The notes beneath the pieces were generated by a model. The model was given only the letters and a program-made list of their open reading frames with translations. It was not told the DNA's origin and searched no databases. DNA of 64,000 nucleotides, taken from NCBI GenBank assembly GCA_030586555.1, contig JAURAC010000004.1:1-64000 (forward strand), given 5' to 3'. A program made the translations under genes and the position numbers. The DNA comes from Candidatus Subterrananammoxibius californiae. GTDB taxonomy: Bacteria; Planctomycetota; Brocadiia; Brocadiales; Subterrananammoxibiaceae. The stretch's first letter is position 1. Each line of letters opens with the position of its first letter. This document shows, one piece after another, positions 41,199 through 50,944 of the stretch.

Positions 41199-43595
41199 TC
41201 AGGGTGAACTCCGCGAAACATCTCGGTAATTACCCTTATACATTTCTACTAACTGGGTTATCCTGGATTTATTCCATTTATTGACATGGCTTCCGTTGCA
41301 TCCCATCCTCGATATGCCGTAAGTATTCTCTGCCTCGCAGTACGGGCAAGAATTGGTTAGCCTTGGGATGGTGCGTTTACAGTCGTCGCATATAGTAAAT
41401 TCCGGGGAGATGGTTACCTGGGCAGCCTGTGTGTTATAATACGTTTTTCTAACAAGGTTCATGATGCTTGCCGCCGGTGGACGCTCCTCACCCACAAAGG
41501 CGTGAATTATCGCCCCGGATTCAATCAAGGTATGGAATTTACTCTGCCAGGCAATTCTCGTTACCATGTCAACTGGGGCATCCGCACGGAGGTGTATGCT
41601 ATTTGTGTAATAGCAGTCATCCTTACTGAGGTCACCCTTAACAAGTTCTCGTGCTTGAGGATAGTTTCTCACATCGCTCTTTGCAAGCCGACGGCTGGCG
41701 CTCTCTGCCGGAGATTCTTCGAGGGAAAATTTTAGTCCGTGTTTTTTCCCTTCCTCTTTTACCCTGAAATACATATAAGAAATTATGCGTAAGCCGAGTT
41801 TCAGCATATCATCACCCTCGTGCAGTTCCCTGCCTGTCATATACTGGAGACATTCGTTCAAGCCAATAATGCCAACAATGTACGTGGACTTTTCCAGGTC
41901 CACATAGGGCCTGCCATCCATTGCCGGTTTACCAATCTCCCACAAAGGCATCTCGGCGCTTGACATAAGTTTCTTAACAAACCTTTTCTTCTGCAAATGT
42001 GCATTTATGGCAATATCTATGCCCCTGTCTATTTCTTTGTTGAGTTTTTCAAAATTGCCCTTGCCGGCACGATAGGCAGCCTGGGGCAGGTTTATCGTCA
42101 CATTCTGGAAGCCGCAGAATCTCATGCTCTCAGGATGCTGTATCATATAGTTGTCTTCAATCGTTGTGCGCAGACGGCAGCAAGCAGAAAGGGTAATCTC
42201 ATCCCTGTCAAAGACAAAATAGGGGGCGCCATTTTCACTGGCAATCCGGCAGGCATATTCAAGGATTTCATATTGTTCAGGGTCGTCAAAAGTCTCAGAG
42301 TTTATATGCAAATCGCACTTCGGAAAGGCGAATGGATGTCCATCTCTATCCCCGGCGCGCCAGACGTCGAGCATGGCGAGTGTAACCCTTCTGGCGGTTA
42401 AGGCATAGTCGCCGTAGGTCTTGCCTGTGTACTTACCACTCGGTCCTATTGCAGGTATATTTCGCAGGTATCTGGGTATGCCTGTGTGGACATTAAAATC
42501 GAGGAAGAGTGTTTGCCCGCCACGAGAAAAGGCGCTCTGGGAACAGCTAAAGATAAGATGCTGCGCCTCTTGCTTCATCTCCTCGTAGTCCATTCCTTCA
42601 AGGTATGGAGCATACATGATGTTAATATAACCAACGCCGAGGGCTCCTGCATAGTATGCCTGCATGGATGCAAGGAACGTGTTGAGATGGCCTGTAAGGG
42701 TGCGGGCATGCTTTGCTGGCGCAGAGGATGTGTCAAGATTCTGGAGCGATAAGCCATATTTCTTTAGATATTCCAGTGAATGAGATGAGCAATAAACACG
42801 TGTTGGGTACCCAAGGTCGTGTAGATGCACGCCACCGCTGAGATGCATCTCCGCAACGTCCTTTGAAAAGACCTCCTTCAGTGCGTACTGCTTGAGGGCA
42901 TGCTCGGCAATTGCAAGATTAATCGCCTCAGGATTATTTGTAGCTATATTACTATTTTCATTGTTTTTTGAGAATATAAGCTGTTCTATGTCATACTTGG
43001 GCATGCCGATTATGGCTTGCTTTTCGAGCTTTACACTAAATCCCCTATCGAAAAGTTCATTGTCTACAAGTTCTCGTATAAGGGAGGTGGAAATGCGGCT
43101 TATACCTGAGGCAAAGATTTTCTTCTCAACTGCGCTTGCTACTTCAAGGGCGATATCGAATGGGATGTCAGCCTCTTTTTGAAGGGCAAGGGCAATCTTT
43201 TTTCTGTCCCAAGGAGTAGTCTCCTCCCTGGTACCAGCCTCCACCAATAAGGCTTTATCCGTTGTATCAGAATTAAGCTTGACCCGTTTACGAACCTGGA
43301 GGGCGGTGCGTATCCTTGCCCGTTTATCCCTGTAAAGGATATAAGCCTTTGCCGTTTTTGTGTGGCCAGTTTCAATAAGGGCACGCTCTACCAAATCCTG
43401 AATGTCTTCTATGCCTGGTACTTTATCTTTGAAGTCCTTTTCGATAAAATGTGTAACAAGATCAGTCAGTTCCTCCGCCATAGCACGGTCATCGCCGCCC
43501 ACAGCCTGGGCAGCCTTGAATATGGCATCAGCAATCTTGGTTTTGTTGAATGGCGCTAACCGCCCGTCTCTTTTTTGTACCATTTCTACCGCCAT
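41199..43595 (-). CDS. nrdD: Class III (anaerobic) ribonucleoside-triphosphate reductase with two ATP cones; atypical glycyl-radical loop
   Basis: ATP cones, HLHDLG.P.RVYC, ACCRL finger loop, NVTINLP, EESPAES, YYTNS, CxxC..CxxC; lies between nrdR and nrdG. Confidence 0.92.
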   Translation of the reverse strand: MAVEMVQKRDGRLAPFNKTKIADAIFKAAQAVGGDDRAMAEELTDLVTHFIEKDFKDKVPGIEDIQDLVERALIETGHTKTAKAYILYRDKRARIRTALQVRKRVKLNSDTTDKALLVEAGTREETTPWDRKKIALALQKEADIPFDIALEVASAVEKKIFASGISRISTSLIRELVDNELFDRGFSVKLEKQAIIGMPKYDIEQLIFSKNNENSNIATNNPEAINLAIAEHALKQYALKEVFSKDVAEMHLSGGVHLHDLGYPTRVYCSSHSLEYLKKYGLSLQNLDTSSAPAKHARTLTGHLNTFLASMQAYYAGALGVGYINIMYAPYLEGMDYEEMKQEAQHLIFSCSQSAFSRGGQTLFLDFNVHTGIPRYLRNIPAIGPSGKYTGKTYGDYALTARRVTLAMLDVWRAGDRDGHPFAFPKCDLHINSETFDDPEQYEILEYACRIASENGAPYFVFDRDEITLSACCRLRTTIEDNYMIQHPESMRFCGFQNVTINLPQAAYRAGKGNFEKLNKEIDRGIDIAINAHLQKKRFVKKLMSSAEMPLWEIGKPAMDGRPYVDLEKSTYIVGIIGLNECLQYMTGRELHEGDDMLKLGLRIISYMYFRVKEEGKKHGLKFSLEESPAESASRRLAKSDVRNYPQARELVKGDLSKDDCYYTNSIHLRADAPVDMVTRIAWQSKFHTLIESGAIIHAFVGEERPPAASIMNLVRKTYYNTQAAQVTISPEFTICDDCKRTIPRLTNSCPYCEAENTYGISRMGCNGSHVNKWNKSRITQLVEMYKGNYRDVSRSSP

Positions 43596-43611
43596 TGAGC
43601 CCTCCTCCTTT

Positions 43612-44079
43612 TTATTTCTTTTTATCTCCGGTTTTTATTAAAGGTTTCACTTCCTCTACAAAATCAGAAACATCTTTAAATTCCCTGTAAACGGAGGCAA
43701 ACCTGACGTATGCCACATGGTCAAGCTCCTTGAGCTTTTTCATGATATATTCGCCAATGTATTTGGTGCTTACTTCCCTATCAAACTTATCATGTATGTG
43801 ACGCTCAAGTTCGGTAACAATATCCTCGAGGGTTTCCGTAGATACAGGTCTCTTCTCACATGCTCTCACTAACCCAGCCATTACCTTACTGCGGTCAAAG
43901 CTAACCCTTCTGCCATCCTTTTTGATTACGCGTATAGGGCTTTCCTCAATCCTTTCGTGTGTCGTATAGCGCCTTCCACACTTGTAGCATTCACGTCTCC
44001 GCTTAACGATAAGACCGTCGCCAGACGTCCTGGAATTGACCACCTTATCATTGTTTTCCTTGCAAAAGGGACATCTCAT
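43612..44079 (-). CDS. nrdR: Transcriptional repressor NrdR
   Basis: MRCPFC...RRREC..C.RRYTT.ERIE, ATP cone, AYVRFASVYR. Confidence 0.96.
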   Translation of the reverse strand: MRCPFCKENNDKVVNSRTSGDGLIVKRRRECYKCGRRYTTHERIEESPIRVIKKDGRRVSFDRSKVMAGLVRACEKRPVSTETLEDIVTELERHIHDKFDREVSTKYIGEYIMKKLKELDHVAYVRFASVYREFKDVSDFVEEVKPLIKTGDKKK

Positions 44080-44107
44080 AAAAGATACCCTCCAATTTTA
44101 ATCATAT

Positions 44108-44158
44108 TTACAATATGTTGAGTGAGTAATATATACCATACAATATATTGTATGTCAA
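44108..44158 (-). promoter_or_regulatory. Tandem NrdR boxes overlapping the nrdR-nrdD-nrdG promoter
   Basis: Perfect palindrome ATACAATATATTGTAT (44138-44153), a second box TTACAATATGTTGAGT (44108-44123) 30 bp away, and TTGACA on the minus strand at 44153-44158. Confidence 0.8.
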
Positions 44159-44183
44159 ATAAATTTTTTTCTAAAAGTCGTAG

Positions 44184-45671
44184 CTACTTACCTATGCAAA
44201 AGTTGGAGAATATTTTATCGAGGATGTCCTCAGTGGTCGTCTCTCCAACCACTTCATCGAGGGTTTCCAGGGCTTCTCGCAAGTCAAGGGCTATAAGTTC
44301 ATGAGTTCGTGCCTGTGCTGCCGCTTCCTTAGCGCATTCAATTAGTTCAAGAGTACGTTTAAAAGCAGCCTTATGTCGGGCATTCAGGGTTACAGCAGAT
44401 GCTGATTGGTCTATTCTGCCATCGTGAATAGTTCTAACCATGGCATTTTTCAAATCACCGAGCCCTTTACCTGTAACTGTGGAGGTCTTTACAATAGGAT
44501 GCCCTTTGAAATCCTCCGGTAAGGGCGTATTGCAATACGCCCCTACAATATCGCACTTATTTATTACAATAATTTTTTGCAAGGAAGGGAAGGAATTGAA
44601 GAGTTCGATATCTTCATCTTCTACCGCTTTACTGCCGTCAAGGACAAAAAGGATGAGTTGACCCATTTGCAATGAGTTATATGCCTTTGCTATGGCAAGG
44701 GATTGTGGAGTTCGGAGTTCGGAGTTCAGAGTTCGGAGTTCGAATTGCAGAATGCCTGCAGTATCGAGGAGTCGGAAATGGACGTTCCCCAACTCTAATA
44801 CACCCTCCAGGACATCCCTCGTGGTGCCTGGTATGGGGGTCACGATGGCTTGTCGTCTTCCAAGCAAGGCGTTAAAGAGACTTGATTTGCCCGCATTGGG
44901 GCGCCCGCATAAAACAGTCTTAACGCCATCCGAGTGCACAACGGATGTGGTGGCATTGTGGTTTAAAAAGCCATTCAGTTTCTCATAAATTATATTTAAT
45001 CTTTCGGTTATTTCACTAACAGGGGCAAACTCTATATCCTGGTCTGAAAAATCTATGGATGCTTCAATCTCGGCGCAACATTCTATCAGGTCGAGCTGAA
45101 TCTCCTTTACCTTTTTGGATGTGTTCCCTTTTAGATGTGAGAGGGCAGCCCTTAAATCTGCATCGGTACGTGAGCGTATTAAGCCCATTACTGCCTCAGC
45201 CTGCGTAAGGTCAATGCGCCCGTGGAGAAATGCCCTTTTTGTAAACTCACCCGGCTGTGCGAGACGAATACAGCTCTTTGAAGTCTGCTTTAAAGAGATT
45301 AGAGCCTCAACAATCATATCAAGTATTGGTGGTGAGCCGAAGGTGTGTATTTCGACAACGTCCTCTTTGGTGTAAGAATAGGGGGCTTTCATTATGTAAA
45401 GGGTTGAAGGAATCTCGATTTGTTCATGAGGCAAATGTACATTGCCTTTAAAGAACAGGTATGTCCTGGGTTGCATATTGCGAATTGCAGAGCGCTGAGT
45501 TTCTCCGTTAAGCACGGACAAACGAGTTTGTCCATGCCACCCTGCGGTTGGAATAAAGAGACGTTCTGCGCAAAAGAGGGCATCAGTGCCGCTTATCCTG
45601 ATAATTGCGCAAAGGGAACTTCCTGATGGAGTGGAAAGTGCTACAATGGTGTCCTGTGAATCCTGATACAT
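44184..45671 (-). CDS. mnmE: tRNA modification GTPase MnmE
   Basis: DTIVALST, IIRISG, SYT.EDVVEIH, GEFTKRAF, GRPNAGKSS, GTTRD, DTAG, NK.D, FSNFCIGK. Confidence 0.96.
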   Translation of the reverse strand: MYQDSQDTIVALSTPSGSSLCAIIRISGTDALFCAERLFIPTAGWHGQTRLSVLNGETQRSAIRNMQPRTYLFFKGNVHLPHEQIEIPSTLYIMKAPYSYTKEDVVEIHTFGSPPILDMIVEALISLKQTSKSCIRLAQPGEFTKRAFLHGRIDLTQAEAVMGLIRSRTDADLRAALSHLKGNTSKKVKEIQLDLIECCAEIEASIDFSDQDIEFAPVSEITERLNIIYEKLNGFLNHNATTSVVHSDGVKTVLCGRPNAGKSSLFNALLGRRQAIVTPIPGTTRDVLEGVLELGNVHFRLLDTAGILQFELRTLNSELRTPQSLAIAKAYNSLQMGQLILFVLDGSKAVEDEDIELFNSFPSLQKIIVINKCDIVGAYCNTPLPEDFKGHPIVKTSTVTGKGLGDLKNAMVRTIHDGRIDQSASAVTLNARHKAAFKRTLELIECAKEAAAQARTHELIALDLREALETLDEVVGETTTEDILDKIFSNFCIGK

Positions 45672-45750
45672 GAAAAATGCAACCGCTTAAAACCCCCTGT
45701 ACCCAGACGTCTGGTTGCGGGGCTATAAAGCCAATAGATTTTTAGCTACG

Positions 45751-47502
45751 TTATTTTACTTTTGGTAGTTTGCTCGGCACACTCTGTACGGAAACGATGC
45801 CGTACCGCTTTTTAACAATCCTTCGGATAAGAAACTGCTCGCCTATACTGAGTAATGTACTTGTTGTCCAATAGAGCGTAAGGCCAGAGGGCATATTGTA
45901 AAGTATAAAGGCAAAGATGATTGGCATAAATGCCATCATTTTTTGTTGGGCTTGCTGTTGAGGGTCAGGAGATTTTGGCGTCATACGTGTTTGTATAAAT
46001 GATGCAATCGTCATAATTATTGGAAGTATGTTAAGCATGTTGCCTATTACGGGCAGCGAAAAAGGCAAATGGGTTAAGGTATCAGGCCTGGAAAGGTCAT
46101 TAATCCAGAAGATAAAAGATGCTTGCCTCATCTCAAAGGAGAGTTGAAGTGTGCGAAAGAGGGCAAAGAATACAGGCAGTTGAAAAACCATTGGCAGGCA
46201 TCCTCCCATGGGATTAACGCCATGCTTTTTAAACAATGCCATCTGTTCCTGCCCCATCTTTTGTTTATCACCCTTATGTTTTTCCCTTAACTTACCAATC
46301 TCTGGCTGAAGTTTCTGCATCCTGTACATGGACACCTGACTTTTCTTTGTAAGGGGGAAAAGAAGCGACTTGACCAGCAAGGTTAACATTAGTATGGATA
46401 CGCCGTAATTGTGCGTAATGCCATAAAAGAAATTCAGTATTTTTATCAAATACTTGCATATTGCGCTTGTCCAACCGTAATCTATAAGGAAAACCAGATT
46501 TCCATATTGGGAAAGAACTTCCTCTTGTTTAGGTCCTATATAATAGATATAAGCATGTCTTTCAGCTCCGTGGGGGAGAATCTCTATTTTAGTTGTTTCC
46601 AGTTTAACAGTCAGGTTTAACATATCGGAAGGTTCGAGCTTGGTGACCATCTGTGATACTGCGGCATCTACAAGTTCACTTGTATCGGGTTTTAATACTG
46701 CGGCAAAATATTTGTTATTAACGCCTGCCCAGGAAATCCCTTTTGACTCATTCCTATAAGGTGTTTCAAGGTCTGCTGGGTACTTTCTGTTCACACCCCC
46801 GCGTCCGACATCAATCCTTGTAACGGTGGCTATATCATATTTAGGGTCGCCCTCCCGAAGGATTCCTGTTGCAGCCGTAAAGGTGTATCTGGTATTAATA
46901 TTGGAATCGCTGGTATTTTCCAAAATTACGTCAATATCTATATGATATTTGCCAGGCTGTAGTGCAACGCTCTTTGTAATTTTTAAGCCATTTTCCATCA
47001 TTGCCTCAAAGACAATTTTGTTTGAAGTTTTCTCTTTGACTGTATATCTGAGATTTTCGATGGGGTATTTCCAGTCAGGTATACCAATGGTTAAATGATA
47101 AGGGCCATTTTCTTCGGATTTCAATAGCTCTAATACCTCTTTACCATCCTGGTCTTTGAATCTTTTTAATTTTGCAGAGATGAGCGCAGCGCCCTGGTTG
47201 GTCCAGAGCGTTTTGAGTTCGTCATTTTCAAGCACAATGTCCTTCTCCAATTCTATTTGGAATAATGGAGGACTCGTTGAAATCAAGTCCGAAGAACTTG
47301 CTTCCAACTCTTCTGTTTTTGTGGGACTTACAGGCGTAATCTCTGGCTTACTCGGCATTTCCTCCGCAGGTGTAAGAGGCTTCTGGCTAACTGTTTCCTC
47401 AGAAACAGGTTCCTGTGGTGCGTAATACTTTTGCTGTATTGCGATATAAACCACAAATAATACGCCGCAAAGCGCAATAGCAAGTAAGGCTTTTTTATCC
47501 AT
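45751..47502 (-). CDS. yidC: Membrane protein insertase YidC
   Basis: N-terminal TM, periplasmic domain, YIGPK, NYGVSI, NPMGGCLP, WINDLS.PD, PSGLTLYW. Confidence 0.95.
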   Translation of the reverse strand: MDKKALLAIALCGVLFVVYIAIQQKYYAPQEPVSEETVSQKPLTPAEEMPSKPEITPVSPTKTEELEASSSDLISTSPPLFQIELEKDIVLENDELKTLWTNQGAALISAKLKRFKDQDGKEVLELLKSEENGPYHLTIGIPDWKYPIENLRYTVKEKTSNKIVFEAMMENGLKITKSVALQPGKYHIDIDVILENTSDSNINTRYTFTAATGILREGDPKYDIATVTRIDVGRGGVNRKYPADLETPYRNESKGISWAGVNNKYFAAVLKPDTSELVDAAVSQMVTKLEPSDMLNLTVKLETTKIEILPHGAERHAYIYYIGPKQEEVLSQYGNLVFLIDYGWTSAICKYLIKILNFFYGITHNYGVSILMLTLLVKSLLFPLTKKSQVSMYRMQKLQPEIGKLREKHKGDKQKMGQEQMALFKKHGVNPMGGCLPMVFQLPVFFALFRTLQLSFEMRQASFIFWINDLSRPDTLTHLPFSLPVIGNMLNILPIIMTIASFIQTRMTPKSPDPQQQAQQKMMAFMPIIFAFILYNMPSGLTLYWTTSTLLSIGEQFLIRRIVKKRYGIVSVQSVPSKLPKVK

Positions 47503-47537
47503 TAAGTGTTCCTCGAAAATTCAGTTTTTTTGAACTT

Positions 47538-47921
47538 CTAAGTACTTTTTCTTTTCAGATACTCCTTGACTTCTTTTAAAACAAGTTCAATCTTGGGACG
47601 AGTAGAGCTAATGACTGCATCAAAAAGATGTTTATGTTCTGGGTAAGTGTCAATTTCGGGATGATGAGGTGCATTATCATAGCGAAATATAAGGTCCCCA
47701 ATAGAATCCTGCTAATGGTAGCGATAACTAAGCCATGAAAGAGTGTTACCTAAAATATGGATAGCTTCGCTAATTTCTAAAAGTGAATAATCACGAAAGC
47801 GTAAACGAATGCGTAAATCACCTCTACTTTCAGAAAGAACTTGCTCATCGTATCCTTCTACTTCTGAAAGGTTTTCGATAGTCCGTTGTACTTCCCTGAA
47901 ATATTCAACGATGTTTTTCAC
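47538..47921 (-). pseudogene. DUF6516/TumE-like toxin interrupted by an in-frame TAG
   Basis: ...SYRYH*QDSIGDLIFRYDNAPHHPEIDTYPEHKH...: the frame continues past TAG (47712-47714) through the RYDNAPHH motif to a TAG at 47538-47540. Confidence 0.75.
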
Positions 47922-48148
47922 GCAATGGTGCTAAGCTTCTGCTCTATCTCCCGTTTCAAGTCCATGTAATGTTGATAATCTCCTGCCCACTCTATAAAAT
48001 CCTTTGAATCGCCCAGCTTTCCAGACTTGTATTGAGTATAAAATTCAGAAGATGACATCTGATAACGCTTTTCATATGTACTCAGTGAACGAACCAGCGC
48101 ATCCAGCGCATCAAGAGGAGAACTATACGTTACCCTTCGTATTGCCAT
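47918..48148 (-). CDS. TumA-like antitoxin
   Basis: L..YEKRYQMSSSEFY.QY..GKLGD..DFIEWA; overlaps the toxin start by 4 bp. Confidence 0.7.
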   Translation of the reverse strand: MAIRRVTYSSPLDALDALVRSLSTYEKRYQMSSSEFYTQYKSGKLGDSKDFIEWAGDYQHYMDLKREIEQKLSTIA

Positions 48149-48156
48149 AGAGTACT

Positions 48157-48330
48157 CTACTTATCTTTGCCTTCTGGCAACTCAGCCTCGTCAATTAACA
48201 TTATTGGAATGTCGTCTCGTATCGGATATCTGCGACCGCAACTTGTGCATACTATTTTATCGTTTTCCAATTTTACATCAGTTTTACACAGCGGACAGGC
48301 AAGTATTTCTAAAAGTTCTTTGTCTATCAT
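48157..48330 (-). CDS. Trm112-family protein (UPF0434)
   Basis: MIDKELLEILACPLCK...C..CGRRYPIRDDIPIMLIDEA. Confidence 0.9.
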   Translation of the reverse strand: MIDKELLEILACPLCKTDVKLENDKIVCTSCGRRYPIRDDIPIMLIDEAELPEGKDK

Positions 48331-48426
48331 TTTAGTATCCGATCCAGAATAAAATTCATTACGGACAAAAGCAACAAGCAAAGAGTAATGAATTCCACTC
48401 ATTGCTCAGCACTCGTCGCTCATTAC

Positions 48427-49995
48427 TTACTTTATCCTCTCCTCTACTAAATAGACGTCTCCACCTTTTCTGACAAGATAATGGAAACTGTCAGGTGAAT
48501 CAAAGATAATCCTTCCTCCTCCAAGTGTAACAATGTTATCGTATTGCTTCCCCTCTTTCCCATCCACGACTACAAACCGCTTATCACCAGTCCCAGTGCC
48601 ATAAGCCACATGCTCGCTGTCAGGGCTGAAGACGGGAGTGCCTGTCATGACGGCATCATAATGATTCTCCTCCTTCCCATCCACAACCACAAATCGCCTA
48701 TCGCCCACCCCGGCACCATAAGCCACACGCCTGCTGTCAGGGCTGAAGATGGGAGTGCCAGCCATGATGGTATCATATCGCTCCCCCTCTTTACCATCAA
48801 CAACCACAAAACGTCCGTTGCCTATTTGAGCCACATAAGCCACTCGTTTGCTATCGGGGCTGAAAATAAGTGTACCTGCCCCAATGCCATCGTAATGCTT
48901 CTCCTCCTTCCCATCCACAACCACAATCTGCCTATTGCCTTCAATAGCCCCATAAGTCAGCCGCTCGCTGTCCAGACTGAAGATGAGCGTACCTGCCCCG
49001 ATAGTATCGTATTGTTTCTCTTCTTTCCCATCAACAACAACAAACCGTTTGCCGCCCACTTCAACTACATAAGCCAATCGCTTGCCGTCCGGGCTGAAAG
49101 CGAGAGGACATGAACCTGCCGCCATGACGACATCATATTGCTTCCCTTCTTTTCCGTCCACAACCACAAACCGCTTATCGCGAACCCCAGCCGCATAAGC
49201 TACTTGCTTGCTATCCGGGCTGAAGATGAGAGTGCCTGCCATGATGCCATCATATTGCTTCTCCTCTCTCCCATCCACAACCACAAGCCACTTATTGTCA
49301 ACTTTAGCCAGGTAAGCTACACGCTTGCTATCAGAGCTGAAGATGGGCGTGCCTTTCCCGATGAAATCGTATTGCTTCTCCTCCTTCCCGTCCACAACCA
49401 CAAACCAGTAAAAGCCTGCTCCAGCCACGTAAGCCATACGATTACTGTCAGGACTAAAAATGGGCGGGCATCCGATGCTATCATAATGCTTTCCCTCCTG
49501 CCCATCCATAACCACAAACTGCTTATTGCTTTCTTTAGCTACATAAGCCACATGTTTGCCGTCGGGGCTAAAGGCAAGAGAGTTCCCCGCTATGCCATCG
49601 TAGTGCTTTTCCTCTTGCCCGTCCACAACCATAAACTGTTTACCACCGACCCCAGCGGCGTAAGCGACTCGCCTGCCGTCAGGGCTGAAGATGGGGGTGC
49701 CAGACCCGATAACATCGTAATGCTTTCCCTCCTTCCCATCTACGACTACAAACCACTCAACATCCGCTTTAGCCACATAAGCCACCCGCCTTCCATCAGA
49801 GCTTACCTTAAAACTCTCCTGTATCCACGAAGAAGGGTCAACTTTAGTAATAAGTTTTTCGGATACTGTCCTATCCTGAAATAAATTCAGAACAGGTTCT
49901 GGAGATTTTTCCTCTGCACGGGCTGCTACTATGCCAATGCAAATAAAGGAAACAACCAAATATAATACTATACCTTTTCTGGACATTTCTGACAT
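48427..49995 (-). CDS. Secreted beta-propeller repeat protein (TolB/PD40-like)
   Basis: Signal peptide plus 11 full ~39-aa repeats of FSPDSKRVAY.A..G.K.FVVVDGKE.KQYD.I..GT.I. Confidence 0.85.
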   Translation of the reverse strand: MSEMSRKGIVLYLVVSFICIGIVAARAEEKSPEPVLNLFQDRTVSEKLITKVDPSSWIQESFKVSSDGRRVAYVAKADVEWFVVVDGKEGKHYDVIGSGTPIFSPDGRRVAYAAGVGGKQFMVVDGQEEKHYDGIAGNSLAFSPDGKHVAYVAKESNKQFVVMDGQEGKHYDSIGCPPIFSPDSNRMAYVAGAGFYWFVVVDGKEEKQYDFIGKGTPIFSSDSKRVAYLAKVDNKWLVVVDGREEKQYDGIMAGTLIFSPDSKQVAYAAGVRDKRFVVVDGKEGKQYDVVMAAGSCPLAFSPDGKRLAYVVEVGGKRFVVVDGKEEKQYDTIGAGTLIFSLDSERLTYGAIEGNRQIVVVDGKEEKHYDGIGAGTLIFSPDSKRVAYVAQIGNGRFVVVDGKEGERYDTIMAGTPIFSPDSRRVAYGAGVGDRRFVVVDGKEENHYDAVMTGTPVFSPDSEHVAYGTGTGDKRFVVVDGKEGKQYDNIVTLGGGRIIFDSPDSFHYLVRKGGDVYLVEERIK

Positions 49996-50031
49996 CCTTT
50001 TTTCTTGGATTATTTCGCAAACCGCCTCTCT

Positions 50032-50103
50032 TGTCATGCCGAACTCGTTTCGGCATCTCCTTCCCTCGGGTAAAGAGACCCTGAAACAAGTTCAGGGTGA
50101 CAA
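50032..50103. repeat. TGTCA...TGACA REP-like composite palindrome
   Basis: tgtcatgccgaactcgtttcggcatct...gagaccctgaaacaagttcagggtgacaa; relatives near 5027, 14151, 25720, 26547, 36131 and 41173. Confidence 0.7.
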
Positions 50104-50121
50104 AACGGTGAACACTGCCTC

Positions 50122-50856
50122 TCATGTTACCTTTGGCGTATAACTCAATGATATTCGAACGTCTAACGGTTCTGATGATTGCTCAACCCTAATCCTTCGC
50201 AACCTTACGAGTTCGAGCAGGGCAAGAAAAATTCCTATAATCCGCTTCCTTTCCTTGAACTCAGAAAACAACTCGAAAAGCAATAAAGTTCCGCCTAAGG
50301 CGGATAATCTTTCTAAGACCATAGACATATATACGTGTATAGGCGTATCGTCATCAACAATTGTTACTGGCATGTCGCCCAGGGTTTGCTCCATTAACCG
50401 AGAGAAGGCTTTCACAAGGTCCCACAAATCAATATCATCCATGAGAAACTCCGATTCCTGGCTGGCGAAATTGCTATTTATTAGCCTGGAAAACCTCATG
50501 CTTCTAATTTCTGCCTTTTCTGCAAAAGTAGCAGCAGTTTCTTTATACCTTTTATACTCAAGAAGCTGTTTAACGAGTTCTAATCTTGGGTCTTCCATGT
50601 CCTCCTCTTCCTCAATCTCAGTAACTGGTAAGAGCGCCTTAGACTTTATATGCATGAGCGTTGCTGCCATTACAAGGAACTCGCCCGCCACATTAAGATT
50701 CAGGATATTTAAGGCGTTGAGGTAGTTCATATATTGCTCTGTTATTCTTGCAATTGGGATATCGTATATATCAACTTCGTCTTTCTGAATCAGGTACAAT
50801 AGCAAATCTAATGGACCATTGTATGACTCAAGGTCAACCTTATATTCAGTATCCAT
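50122..50856 (-). CDS. scpA: Segregation and condensation protein A
   Basis: YNGPLDLLLYLI, IYDIPIARITEQY, EFLVMAATL..IKS..LLP, DPR.ELV.QLLEYK, FLALLEL. Confidence 0.93.
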   Translation of the reverse strand: MDTEYKVDLESYNGPLDLLLYLIQKDEVDIYDIPIARITEQYMNYLNALNILNLNVAGEFLVMAATLMHIKSKALLPVTEIEEEEDMEDPRLELVKQLLEYKRYKETAATFAEKAEIRSMRFSRLINSNFASQESEFLMDDIDLWDLVKAFSRLMEQTLGDMPVTIVDDDTPIHVYMSMVLERLSALGGTLLLFELFSEFKERKRIIGIFLALLELVRLRRIRVEQSSEPLDVRISLSYTPKVT

Positions 50857-50944
50857 GCCCATCCTCCCTAAAAAGGTTGGCAGGTTGGTGAAAACCAAGC
50901 CGACCCAAGCCCACGGCTTGGGTGCCCGCACTTTGTTTTCACTC

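Noticed and set aside
47712..47714. Amber recoding (pyrrolysine or an alternative code)
   Set aside because: TAG terminates many ordinary genes in the window and no pyl genes are visible; a nonsense mutation is simpler.
48544..49884. Long + strand ORFs (189 and 248 aa) and a regular 117-bp periodicity suggesting a CRISPR array
   Set aside because: These are antisense shadows of the propeller-repeat gene. The repeats are coding and degenerate, with no constant repeat/unique spacer structure and no cas genes.
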